Source of the DNA: Octopus bimaculoides
Taxonomy: Eukaryota
Reading direction: 5' to 3'
DNA: 64,000 nucleotides
Assembly: GCF_001194135.2 (NCBI RefSeq)
Contig: NC_068983.1
Location: 165,905,374 to 165,969,373 of the forward strand
The first letter of the stretch is position 1. Every line of letters starts with the position of its first letter. The notes below the pieces were generated by a model. The model was given only the letters and a program-made list of their open reading frames with translations. It did not search any database and was not told the origin of the DNA. The translations under genes and the position numbers were made by a program. Of the stretch, positions 1-53,294 are shown piece by piece.

Positions 1-430
1 ATACTCCTTTGAGTAAAATATTTAATGTGAGTGAATCTTGGACGATAAGCAAAGTCATTGAGAAGAGACTCAAAGCTGCAGAAATGTGGTTTTGTAGAAA
101 AATGCTTAGAATCTGGTGGGTAGAGAGGGGGTGACGAATGTGGAAGTGTTGAAGAAGAAGAAAGTGAAGAGGCAGTTGATGGATAGAAGCAGAGAGAGAG
201 AGAGCGAGAGTGGAGATTTGTTGGTCATTTTCTCAGAGAGGATGACGGATTGGAGTGTTGCACGGTGAAGACTGAGCTGGTGGGAGGGAGAGCGAGAGGA
301 AGGCAGAGAATGAATGTGCGGTGGGAGAAAGACCTGGGTGATGTTCTGAGAGACAGAAATAAATGAAGGAGGAACAAGCAATGATTCCTCAATCGTATGA
401 ATATGCCATGACACGAGAGAGAAATGATGA
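1..430 (+). mobile_element. Degraded RTE-type LINE 3' fragment
   Basis: SESWTISKVIEKRLKAAEMWFCRKMLRIWW..VTNVEVL..FVGHFLR..GRARGRQR, the RTE post-RT C-terminal region with frameshifts. Confidence 0.7.
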
Positions 431-734
431 TAAAAAGACAGGAAGAATATTTGATTGGAGATTTTCTGTTTTGGGTCCCTGAAGTGGAGCTGCAGGATTG
501 CCTGCAGGCAGCAAGGGACCTGATAAGGAATGATGGACAATGAGGCTTAGCGCCTCAATTTATGTGATTATAATTGTTTGAAAAAAAGAGAAAAAAGAAG
601 TGTTTTCGAGGGCAATCAGTCGGCAGGCGTCGTTGCTCCTCCCATCAATATCATATTTTGCTATCGTTTAACCTTGTTTGTGTTTCTGTCCTGCCCACAT
701 TTCTTCTATCTTTGTACTGCCCTTGTGGCAAATT

Positions 735-1075
735 TCATGAAATAAAGAAGCTTGCTTCCCAATCACATGGTTCTAGGTTCAGTCCCACTATGTGGCACCT
801 TGAACAAGTGTCTTCTGCTATAGCCTCGGGCCGACCAAAGTGGATTTGGTAGACGGAAACTGAAAAAAACCTGTGGTGTGTGTGTGTATGTATGTATGTA
901 TGTATTTGTGTGTCTGTATTTATCCCCCTACCATTGCTTGACAACTATTGTTGGTGTGTTTACATCAGTGTAACATAACGGTTCAGCAAAAGAATAAGTC
1001 CTGGTATCGATTTGTTCAACTAAAGGCAGTACTCCAGCATGGCCACAGCCTTTGGGCTGGAACATAGAAAAGAGT
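735..1075 (+). mobile_element. SINE family A (tRNA-like head, internal microsatellite)
   Basis: GGTTCAGTCCCACT..CACCTTGGGCAAGTGTCTTCT..GGAAACTGAAAG core; other copies at about 5680-5920(+), 8228-8600(-), 10870-11030(-), 31270-31475(-), 32340-32575(-), 33060-33230(-), 36750-36900(+), 40022-40200(+), 42640-42800(+), 45690-45850(-), 46970-47070(-), 62730-63100(-), 63220-63360(+). Confidence 0.85.
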
Positions 1076-2078
1076 CGCAGCACTGGCCCCATGACGTGTG
1101 TGTTGAGGAGATTTACACCTGGCAGAGTCCATTGCTCTCACCAGGTTTGACAAAAGTTGATTTCTTATACAGAGACAGACAGGGAAGAACTGACTCCAGT
1201 GAAAAACTAATTCTCTATCAACCCTGGAAGGATAAAAGATAAAGTTGACTTCAACAGGATTTGAACTCAAAGTGCAGAGATTCAAAACAATTCCTCTGAC
1301 ACTCAAACAACTCTGTCAATTGGCCCCCTAATCTGTATACCTTGGACAAATAACAGCAACAATAATCATAGAAACTCCCTTTGTATGAGGATTAGGGTGG
1401 GTTTTGAAATAAATTCACTTAAATTTGTCATTCAACCATAGAATCCGCACCAATACAGAGAGGTGGTGCACAATGCAGTCCTTCAACATGTCAGATCCTG
1501 TCAAACTCTTCAACCCATGGCAGAATAGAAAACAAAGACATGTCCCATCATACCCTAACATTAAGCTGCTTCCCTTTAATGCAACCCCAATCAAGGGGTT
1601 CCTGGTCAAGCAGGTTAATTGGTGATTTCATTACTTTTGGTACCACAAAAAAAGGGCACCCAGAGCAGATTGGAAAGTGGTCGGAATTGGAAGGGTCTCC
1701 AGATGTAGAAACCATTCCAAAGTAGACAGGTGGAGTACAGTGCAGTCCTTGGACACGTCAGATCCTCTCCAACCATCCAACTGGAAACTAAATGATGTGG
1801 ATGGATAACGAATGATGGTGAATCTCCTTCAGGAAGGTATGTCACATCATTCTCAAGCCAGATCAAAGGAAAGGTAAAGTTGATTCCGAAAGGAGATGAA
1901 TTCAAAACAAACACGAAATCAAAGACATTCACGCAACCATTGCAACAATAACAACAACACATAATAAAAAGAATAAACAAACAGGAAAAATGATGTAACT
2001 TTTACTTCATGATTTGATGTTTCATTTGAAATGAATTTTTAAAAATTAATGTAAAAAATATTTTTTTAGAAAGTGGAA

Positions 2079-27737
<25,659 letters not shown>

Positions 27738-27890
27738 CTTCCCATGTGAGTGATCTCCCTTCCACCTTAGCATCTCCAGTTTTAATGAGCATAAAAACAC
27801 CACTTGCCCCCGTCCTGTTGTCTCTTTGCTTCGATAATTCGAGGAGTTCGCTTTAGTATTCGCGATGTTTCGGGTTCGATGTCACCCTAG
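27738..27890 (-). promoter_or_regulatory. PPIL4 5' UTR/proximal promoter (CpG-rich, TCGCGA core)
   Basis: Local CpG enrichment immediately upstream of ATG 27737. Confidence 0.4.
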
Positions 27891-28235
27891 GGCACCCTGA
27901 TTAAGGGTCATCTACCACAGCTTTGGTCAAACGAAGTTTTGCGAGGGAAATTAGGTAGAAACTGTGTGTTAGCATAAAAGACCAGCCTTGTTACGTTGAT
28001 TCTTCTTACGGATTACTTTAAGGATACAAGTGTCTGTGGAATACTCACCCATTTACTATGACTCAACGCGCAGATCGTTTAGTTGATTGCACAATTAGAA
28101 TAGGGTGGTTCCACTTACTCTTAAACCCATCGTTCAACATCCGAAGACCTCCTACCCACTCACACAATTTGTTGCGATCTTTATATTCAATTTATATTGA
28201 AATAATGGCAGGTAGATAAAATGTGATCCCATTGA

Positions 28236-28335
28236 GGTAGGATGCATATTGCTGACCAGCCCCTCTGCAGGTCCTGTTGGGCGTCACAGGGGCCAACAGG
28301 CAAAAGGACATGAAGTTAGCTAATGGAAGCAGCAA
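28236..28335 (+). ncRNA. Candidate HDV-like self-cleaving ribozyme (degenerate) at 5' end of an RTE remnant
   Basis: P1 GGUAGG/CCUGUU, P2 UUGCUG-A-CCA/UGG-AAG-CAGCAA, P3 GCC/GGU, L3 CCUCUGCA, GG for P1.1, J4/2 G-C-UAA. Confidence 0.45.
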
Positions 28336-28339
28336 ACGT

Positions 28340-28530
28340 TACATCAAAATGGCTATAGATTAGCAAGTGTGAACCTTCGAAGGAGTAGTTCTACCTGGGT
28401 AGAAGCTAGTGCTTGATCAACCCCAGTTGGATCACCTGGCTGAGGGTGTTTGATTGTTTAAAAAGATCCGAAACATCCACATTGATGATGTATCTCGATG
28501 CGTTGAAGAACTTCGTTAAATGGTCCTTTA
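28340..28530 (+). mobile_element. Degraded RTE-clade endonuclease 5' remnant
   Basis: RLASVNLR and IDDVSRCVEELR resemble the APE-domain motifs LRIGTLNV / IDVCCVQEVRW; stops and frameshifts. Confidence 0.45.
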
Positions 28531-29822
28531 CTTATGTGTGCATTCTGGTATTACACAATCTCCTAAAAGTTCGCAAGTTTAAGCAAAATAAAGAAGTACC
28601 TTACAATTTTTCGAAATTATATTTTGTTCTGTTTTTCTTTCCTTTTTTTTTTTTTTTTGATATATTTGTATTCTTGGCGAACTCCATATTGTATGAAAAA
28701 TTAGATCAATCAGCTTTAAGCCAATCCTAACTGAACAGGTCTGTGATTTTGTTACCTGCATTTCTGTATGATTTGAGGCATATTCGACTGGTAGTTTTAG
28801 CAAGTCAACGTATTAGGCCTACTCAAAGTTAAATCTATCCGTCAAAAGCTAACCAGATCGTTGATTGGAAATATAGAAAACATGACTGTCAACAAACTGA
28901 ATTATCGACTTACAGTTGCGTTTGTATCTTTACTCTTCAAGCAATAATTATGAGGTTTTTTTGGGAGGGGTTGATGGCCGAAAAGACGCACGGGTATATT
29001 ATATGCACCCCAGTTGTAGAAGCACATATTTGCGAAAAAACGGTTTTTAGTGCATTAAAGCTTATAGAGGCTCGACTTCGCATGTAGGACCCGGGGTGAT
29101 TTTTTGAGGGGGAAAAAATGAGCGTTTTATAGGACAGCAAATACAAGGGACAACTCGACATATGTTCCAGTGTAATTAGACCTCCTCAGCGTTGACTTCA
29201 CTCAAGCGTATATTCAGCCGTCTGGGTAGAACTTTCGCTTGTGCAGCTGACAACGATAAAAGAGGCAGCAATTGCAGGATCACAGACTCTTCTAATTTAT
29301 CTATTTCATTTCTTTTCCTTTGAGCATGAACCACGCTCTCCACCCCTCCATTTATATCTCCTTTCAGATACTGTTGAGTCTCGTGTATATAAGAAAAGGG
29401 TAAGTTGAAAACCTACGTTCAGTTGTAAATATCCAAGCAATAAGTAAACAAAGTCTCCCTCTGTGTACTCAAAAATCAAAAAAAAACAAGCAAGAAAAAT
29501 AATTTTAATACGACCAAGATTCTTAACCCCATAAACAGATTGGAATGGTAGTGAAGGGATCTAAGACATGTCTGTTGGCAGCAAATACTACCCTCGGATA
29601 GTCACCACTTCAACCATATACATATATATATAAATGTGTGTGTGTTCTTATTCTTCGTCTTATTCCGTTCTATTTTTTTCTCTCTTCTTCCCCCATCGTG
29701 ACGGGTCAAATCGTCTTCACCTCAACAATCAGATTAATTCGGGTCGAGTAATTTAACCTCGTTTATTTATTTATCAATATGATTGAAGTATAGAAATATC
29801 ATAGAGCTACTTATCTCTCTCT

Positions 29823-29862
<40 letters not shown>

Positions 29863-29887
29863 TTTACATAGTTTGCAAGATAAATGT

Positions 29888-29980
29888 GGCGGAGGTAAAG
29901 AATATGCACACCACCCGTTTTCGGCGTAACAAAAACCCTAACTCTAAACACCGGGTGTGTGCGTATTCTTTACTTTCGCC
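29888..29980. repeat. 30-bp-arm inverted repeat (small MITE-like) in the intergenic promoter region
   Basis: GGCGGAGGTAAAGAATATGCACACCACCCG vs reverse complement GGCGAAAGTAAAGAATACGCACACACCCG. Confidence 0.85.
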
Positions 29981-30171
29981 AACAAATGGTGAGTAGAATA
30001 AGATGCAGTCGTAGGGATTTGGTAGAATCTAAAGACGGTTTTAAATCTTTTGTCGTATTTATTTAACCTGTCACCCGATAATCTGAACGATCTCCACTAA
30101 TCTAAATTAATACTGTATCTCTTTAAGGTCTCTGATTAAATTTAATATTCGTAGTTGCTAAAAACATACAT

Positions 30172-30325
30172 CCAATTTAACACACACATTAATACACCAG
30201 CAAACTCACCCCACACCCTTTACTCAACAAGTCCCAAGTCGCTTCTTTGCCGGTTGTCGGATGACTTCCGGGCAATTATTTATTTCTCTCCACGTGTTGG
30301 GCGATTCAATCGGAAATTTTGACGT
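30172..30325 (+). promoter_or_regulatory. ACAT2 proximal promoter: CCAAT, SRE-like CTCACCCCAC, ETS ACTTCCGG, E-box CACGTG, CRE-like TGACGT
   Basis: Motifs at 30172-30176, 30205-30214, 30264-30271, 30291-30296 and 30320-30325, in a CpG-retaining segment 85-240 nt upstream of the ATG. Confidence 0.5.
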
Positions 30326-30408
30326 GAAACACTCACACACATACATCTATTTACATCTCTATATAATTATCGCCTCTTGTTTTTTTTTCTGTTTGAAATA
30401 ACACAGTT

Positions 30409-46086
<15,678 letters not shown>

Positions 46087-46740
46087 GAAGTTCTTTTGCC
46101 TTAAATATCTCTGGAAATTTACCTGAATATGTGTGCTCTCTCTTTGTCTCTCTCTCTCTCTCTCTCTCTCTCTTTTCATATATATATATATATAATTCTT
46201 TCATAAAAAATATGATATATATTTATTGCATATTTTTCTTGCTATTATTATTATTATTATTATTACTTTATAATATGGAGTGCTAAAAATGGTTGTATCA
46301 GACAAAATGCCTTACAATATTTACTTTTCATTCTTTCTGTATTTGGAATTTAAAGACTCACTACTAATTTGCCTTTCATCCCTCTGCTATCAGTACCAGA
46401 TGTATACTAGGGTTGGTTCAGTTAATTATACACCTCCACTACAAGTCTGTGTCATTATACTTACATATGTTCAACATTCAGCTGCAGATGCGATACTTGG
46501 ACCCATCATCAACATTGTATCCTAGGATCACTGGGTGTTTCAGGTCTTCTAACATACACCCACAATTATGTGGTCCGAACAAAGATGATCAAGCCACAAC
46601 CCAAGTACCTGACATATACTAAGGGCTAATTCGGTTCATTATACTCTTCCACTGCAGATTTATGGCACTGCACCAACATAAGCAGTTTTTATGTAAAATT
46701 TAATTAACTATATTTTGGTTTATGTTACTTACATGATACT

Positions 46741-46746
46741 AATAAA
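46741..46746 (+). terminator. Candidate polyadenylation signal of ACAT2
   Basis: First AATAAA I found after the stop codon, about 650 nt downstream. Confidence 0.4.
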
Positions 46747-47334
46747 TATGAAATTTATACAAAATCTCCTTGAAACACTGTTCTAAGGTTAATCTGATTG
46801 TTTTCTCACTTTTCCTAATTTTTTTTAATGTCTATTTTTCCATGCTTGCATGGATCAGATGAATACATTAGAACAGAGTATATGAATAGCAGTGTCATTG
46901 TTTGCAACCAATAAACATATACGAAGGTAAAGATAAGTACAAACATACACACACACACAGTACATGTTTGACCTATTTCTCCACTCACAAGACTAGTTGA
47001 TCTGAAGCTATAGAAGAAGACAGTTACTCAAAGCGGCATGCAGTGGGACTGAGCCTGAAACCATGGTCTTTGGAAGTGATCCTCAAATTTATTCCCATTA
47101 TTACCATAACCCTTTATCTTGTGTGTGTGAGAGAAATTGCATTGAAATGTATTGGGAGAAATGCCTCTCTCATTCTATCTGTTTCATGTTCCCTCTCACA
47201 CACACACAGTCCCTTCCTTGTATATTGTCTTCATTCTTGTCTCTAAGCTTACCATTCTCTTGTTTAGTCTTTCCAATAAAGGTACTGTTATTTGTATCTT
47301 TTATTATTTAAAAACCCGTTTTCATCCCTCCATC

Positions 47335-48555
47335 TACGAGTGGTGTGTTCATTAAAGATTTCCCCTGACCCACTTCCCAAGAACTGGGATAAATGAAACT
47401 TGGCATAATTATTAGTCCTTCCCTACATGGCCACCACCGATGGTGACACACTTCTCCCATCACTATATGCAGCTGTGAAGACCTCGTCTGTAGAAGTTGG
47501 TAGGTTGTGTCTGGAGCCAAGACTTTACCTTGGAAACAAGTTCATTATCATCTGAAAAGTGGTGGAAGTCAGATGGTGCAAGGTTGGGAGAGTAAGGGGG
47601 ATGAGGAAGGATTTCATAGCTGCTGGAGTGTGCTTCATCTGGGCAACATGCACATTGCAAACTGAGGTGTTGTCTTGGAGGAGATGGACTCCTTTTGTCA
47701 GTTTGCCATGCCTCTCTGCTTTAATGGCATCTTGCAATTTCTGCAGCAGAAATATACCTCATTAACTGTGGTGTGCTTTGCCAGAAAATCCATCATCACA
47801 ACTCCACGCTGGTCCCAAAAGACTGAGCACCACCTTGCCTGCTGAGGGTTGGACACGAGCCTTCTTTGAAGGTGGTGAGTTATCATGCTTCCATTGCTTC
47901 AACTATAGTCTCAGAATTATAGTGATGTATCCATGTCTCATCTTGTGTGATAAGACTGCTGAAAAAGTCTTCGTTTTCTTGGCACGTTGTCAAAAGAGCC
48001 TGGGAGCAATTGACTCGTTAAAGGTGTGAGTATCCGGGGAATCTACCATGCAGATAACTTCCACGTGCAAATGGTCATGAATCATTTTTTTTTCCCACAG
48101 ACCCTACACTTGTCTTCACTTCTTGCGCTAGTTGCCAAATAGTTATGTGGCAATCCTCCAAAATGGCAGCTTCCACTTTATTGATGATGTCATCATCAAT
48201 GGCAGAATGTAGTTACCCAGGAATAGGAGCAGTTTCCACCAATGTCCAGCTGCATTTGAACTGGCGATGCCAGTGTTTGACTACGTCATATGATGGTGCA
48301 TCGTCACCATAAACTTCTTTCATCTCATCAAAAGTCTCTTTTGGTTTATGACCTTTCAAGTATAAGAGCCTGATCACTGATCTGCATTCGTCTGCCTCCA
48401 TTTAATAATACCTTAGTCCACTTCTGAAGCCGTAAAAGACAAACGAATACTAGTGGAAAGCTGCAATTTACAATGCAACATGTAGAAACATGTATAATTA
48501 TACTTGGAACAAGTTCCGTTTCCTGCAATAACTGGAAGTAAGTCGGGGGAAATCT
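47335..48555 (-). mobile_element. Mariner transposon, degraded near-full-length transposase
   Basis: MEADECRSVIRLLYLKG HTH, SVFWDQRG, LLQDN, HPPYSPNLAPSDFH; left TIR at 47335, right TIR truncated at 48555. Confidence 0.9.
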
Positions 48556-49340
48556 GGAAGTCTGGACCAATCCAAACTCCAAGTAGCTTAACAGGACCTT
48601 TTGTCCAACACTCCACAACGTTATTGGACGCCATCGGCTTGATCCTCCAGATGCTGAGTTGCAAACTAACCAACCTGTCCTTGTTAACCTTTGCTCCTGC
48701 CACCGCCTCCTAACTTCTGGGTCCTTCCTGATCAACATCACCACCCCTCGTCTCGCAGACTTGGGAATTCTCCCATTCTGCTGCCAATAGGTGTAGACAA
48801 TGGCCAACAGGTGCTCGAACAAGTCTGGCATACTTTTATAAAATTCATAGGGTAGACCATCAAGACCCGGTGACTTCTCCCCGGGGCATTTGCCTAGTAC
48901 CTTGATCACCTCCTCGGCTGTAATTGGCCCTTCGCAGCACTCAGCATCTCGGGCCACCGGACAGGAAGTCCCTAAGGGCCTCACCATGATCCAGCGTCCC
49001 ACCCCTCCCAAATAACTCAGTGAAGTACTTGTAAAGTGCCTCACACATCATGTCTTGTCCGTCGACTGAACTCCCATTGTCATCAACAAGAGACTTTATT
49101 GTGACATCATTGCCACACTGGGTTTCTACCGTACGGGCCCATCCGACAGCATTAATTCCCTCACGGCCCAATATGCGCACTTTAGCCCGGACTCTGCACC
49201 CCTCGTGTTTGGCTTTGAGGTGACGGTCCAAGGCCATTCTCGCTGCCAGAATGTGGGATGTAGAGCCCAACCTCAATGCCTCCTCTAAGTCCTTAACTAG
49301 CTGCCATTCTATTCTAGTCTTAGCTAGTGGCTCCCCTAAT
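48552..49340 (-). mobile_element. L1/Tx1-clade LINE fragment with internal deletion of RT core
   Basis: PITAEEV..KSPGLDGLPYEFY..RGVVMLIRKDP joined directly to EAVAGAKVN..PVKLLGVWIGPD. Confidence 0.8.
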
Positions 49341-49949
49341 GGGGAGGGGCACAAAAATTAGTTGCAGGCTAATGTCAATGACAGGATATAATGCATGGCT
49401 GTCATAACATTTCATATGCCATTAGCATAGCAATAAGGGTTTCAAATTTTAGTACAAGGCCAGCACTTTGGGGGAGGGGGTAAGTCAATTACATCAACCC
49501 CAGTATTCAACTGGTACTTGTTTTATCAACCCCAAAAGATGAAAGGCAAAGTCAACTTCAGTGGAATTTGAACTCAGCATTTTGACTGGTGTGCTAATAA
49601 TTCTACCAGCTTTGCCACCTTTTATGGCAAAGCAATATTGTCTGGAGAAATTCCTCATGTAAATATTTCTTTTCATATTATAAACTATTGTTTATATCCA
49701 CCCAACCACGGAAGATGATAATCATATTCTGAAATGAACCATGTCAAAGGAAAGGAAACCATTCAACTACAAAATGTTTTCTTGAAACAAACAAAAACAG
49801 AAAAATTATAATTTGCATAATTTGGCAATTTTAGATGTTTTTACACTATTTTGTTTTTTAATCCAGTTCTGAGATGAAAATGGAATCCATTCTCAACCAG
49901 AAGACAATAGAAACTGGCATGGTTCTTCTTGCAATTCTTCAAAGTATTG

Positions 49950-52000
49950 ATGTTTATATAAAAGTTTCCTGTTTCCTTAAATAGTTCTTTGTATTTCTAT
50001 TGAGCTCTGCGACATCTTTTGTACTGCAGAGACTGAGTAGCAGAGGGAAGACAAAGCAATGCTTCTCACTAAAATGGTCTGCTTTGCCACCGTCACAGGG
50101 GTCTTGTACACTCATCAGACCATAACAAATTTCAATCATCCCATTCTTGTTCTCAGGTAGTCGAATGTCTTCCATAGAATCCATGGTGCTTCTGAGTCAA
50201 GAGGGAAATCATTAGCAGGAGAGATCTCCATGTCAATTGGAGAAGAGTTCTTCTTGAGTTTTTCCATCCAGAGATATTGTTAGGTGTTAGGCATGGCTGA
50301 GGTTGTTTTTTCCTTGGTTTCAATCATTGAACCAGGCATTGATGTCCATGGAAGAGGTAGCATTTATCACTAGTAACTTTTGCTATCTTGACTCAAGTAT
50401 AGTTCAACAAATTGAGTCATTCATTTCACATTTGTGACTCAGTCTCAGATCATGGTATCTTAGGCTTTTGGTTGACTTCAATATTTTTAAATAGATTGGG
50501 TAAATGTGACAAATCCTGTCAAATGGATTGTATCTGTAATTCCTAGGTCACACTATCTGTCTTTTTACTGACTCCATGAGCCATTAAGTCAACGCTTATG
50601 TTTGGTTCTTGTGGCATTAAGTGGAGGAGAGAGAAATTTACCTCTTAATAAGATGCCAGTCTTTTACAGGTAACTTCCTTTCAGATGGGAATTAAACTTC
50701 ACACTTGAATGTACCTCCTCCTCCTCTTCAGTTTTATTGTCTACAGTCTTAAATTACACTAACCTGATGACGCCTCTATGCAGCCTCCTAATCTTGAAAT
50801 AGTAACCAAATTCCCACACATTCCACCCTATTGTGTTAAAGCAAGTAGAACCCAGTTGTAGTTTTAGCCATATAAAATGACAGAATGGGCAGAGCTGGAA
50901 TGCTTATGATCATAGGTCTGTTTGATCAGAGCTGACCTGGGGTTAAACAACAACCACTCACTCGTAGTTGGGAAACCTTAAATGGGGAGGTCAAGTGTTT
51001 GAGCCATCAATGCATGTGGTGGTTCTTGTTGCTGGACACAAACCACTGATCCATCTTTCAGTTGGTTTGTCCCATCTCACTCTTTGACTTCTTCAAACAT
51101 TCATCATTTGTTCCATAAAACAATGTTTAGGACAAGAAACAAAGGACTCTGCTATTGATACATGTTGTGTCCTTTGCTTGCAGTCCTCCATGAAAGCACA
51201 TCTGGGCTTTTCAACATGTTGCTTAATCTTTATAAAGAAAAGGATATTCAAACAGGGTTCAGTTGTTTCCAGTTCACTCAATGTAACCATGTTTGGGCTG
51301 TTTGTTGTCCAATAGACTAAGGAATTAATACTTTACTTAGAAACGGGTGAGAGTTGGTGACATGAAGAACATTCCACCGCATAAAATCTGCCTCAACAAA
51401 TTCTGTCTGACCCATGTAAGCATAGAAAAGTGAGCATTAAAACCATCGTGATAATGGTTGTTAAATTTTTACTCACTTATTAAGTATTCACTATAATCTA
51501 CTGCAAATTTCTATTGTGCAGTTTAACTGGATTTGGGCTTCCAACCACAGAAACCAAACCAACTGTAGTTCTCGAGGGGATGGCGCTGTGAGGATCCATC
51601 CATTCTATAACATGGAATGTGGACATAAGATGATTATCTGAATTGTTAATGTCAGTCATAAATGTTGAGGTGACTAAAGGATTTTTTATCAGCTCTGTAG
51701 GCAAGATCCTTTTAAACTCTCCCTAGCTCAGTCCATCTTACCACAGATAGGTGCCATTTTGGTGGCTGAGTGGCTTTAATCCTTGACTCTGTTATGGATC
51801 CAATGTCCGTGTCCCTTTGTTGTGTATTGTTTGTATTTATCCAGCTATTTGAAGGAATAACAACCAGACCATCTGAGGATGTTTCTTACAATAGACTATC
51901 ATCCTGATCCGTATTGGAGATCCTTCGATTGTTCTCTGCCATTTAACACATCCTACATTTAACACATGCAGAATAAATCTCCAACTTGTAAATCCATGCA
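49950..52000 (-). mobile_element. Old, interrupted LINE resembling Vingi/Ingi
   Basis: C-terminal WILWKTFDYLRTRMG followed by DPCDGG..EKHC..LCSTKDV, plus decayed RT/endonuclease-like stretches; many stops. Confidence 0.5.
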
Positions 52001-52129
52001 ATCCAGGGAGTAATTAAGTTGGTAATTCATAAAACCCACAAGAACTCAACTATAGAACATACAAAGTGCCTTTTATTGTTGTCTCACATGTTATCCAGTT
52101 GATGGGTGGGCAGTGTTATATTCCCTTAT

Positions 52130-52555
52130 TTAACCCTCTTTTCTACCAAATTTCTATTAAAAAATGCTCCCTTTTTTGTTTCAGTAAATTATGAAAATAA
52201 TGAATTTAGTAAAATATTCTTGTCAGTATTAAGCTGGGGTTTGGAATATGAATTAAGCTTTTTTATACCAACCTACATGAAACTAACCCTAATTCTATGA
52301 TATCAGTTTCTCATCTTAAAATGATCCAAATTTTCTCCTTCCAATAAAATTCCATGTAGAGTTATGTTCCAAACATCATCTTAAGGTCAAAGTTAACTTT
52401 GCTATATTCTTCATTATTTTTTGAAGTTAATTGAAACAAATTCAGTGTATTTCATCAGAAATGGTTAACTGGAAGATTTTGAGATAATTTTAAAATAGGA
52501 AATTTCTATCCTAGAACCAGGGCTGTCTCAGGCAGGTTGATATTAAAAGGGTTAA
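52130..52555. mobile_element. TTAA-site (piggyBac-like) MITE containing an inverted copy of itself
   Basis: Outer TTAA 52130-52133 and 52552-52555; inner copy bounded by TTAA 52253-52256 and 52465-52468; other family copies at about 57535-57741, 59495-59614, 60241-60421, 60805-61233. Confidence 0.75.
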
Positions 52556-53294
52556 TGGATGTATATGTTTCTTTTTCTTTTTTTTGCAAATTTCAAGATG
52601 GATTGATTATTCCTTATTCAGATAATATGTGGAAAGGAAAAAGCTTAGAGTGAATTGCTTGAAGAATTTTGGGTTGTTTGATTTTTTTTACATAAGAGAA
52701 TTGTTTCTTGTATAGTTCTACAGTTCTTTTATTTTTTCTTTTAAATTCCTTTATTATAAACGTACAATAAAATGCTTAATGACTTCTCAGTGCCAATTAT
52801 TTTTTTCCTCTCCAATTGTGATACTTAAATGCTTTCTTTTGAAACAATTATATTTTTTTGATAATAAAATGCAGTGATATCGTTTACAATTAATTAGAAC
52901 AATTTCAAATTCTTCTTCATATATTTCTATTTTTTATTTGTAAAAATGAATAATAGAAATAATTAAAAGAAAAGTGTAATTTTCTATACTTTTGAAGTAA
53001 AAATAACACCAATTGTTGTTGTTTATTATTATTAATATTATTATTGGAAGCAGACCTGCAATATATGTTTTTTATAAGCTTGTAAATTCCTGAAAAAAAA
53101 ATGACAATAGATCATTTTGCAGATTTGATTGCCATTCCCATGCTTCTATGGAACTAATACAAAGAGATGAATATATTTTTGTGCTGTGTTTTTAATTTTT
53201 TTTACAATTTCCCTGTTTGGGTGGTGAGAAAAAAACCCTTTGCCTGTTGAAATTTTTTTTTTTTTTTTAAGTGGCAGCTTTTAAAAGTATTTAA

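Noticed and set aside
28960-29150. Possible pogo/Tc2-like MITE in the intergenic region
   Set aside because: Only one end resembles a TIR; no partner or TSD was found.
46087-49900. TCP1 overlapping the ACAT2 3' end, as in mammals
   Set aside because: No chaperonin exons are visible downstream; the region is transposon-derived.
50112-50770. Other CTGATGA words (50112 minus, 50767, also 63516) as hammerhead cores
   Set aside because: No correctly placed GAAA and stems.
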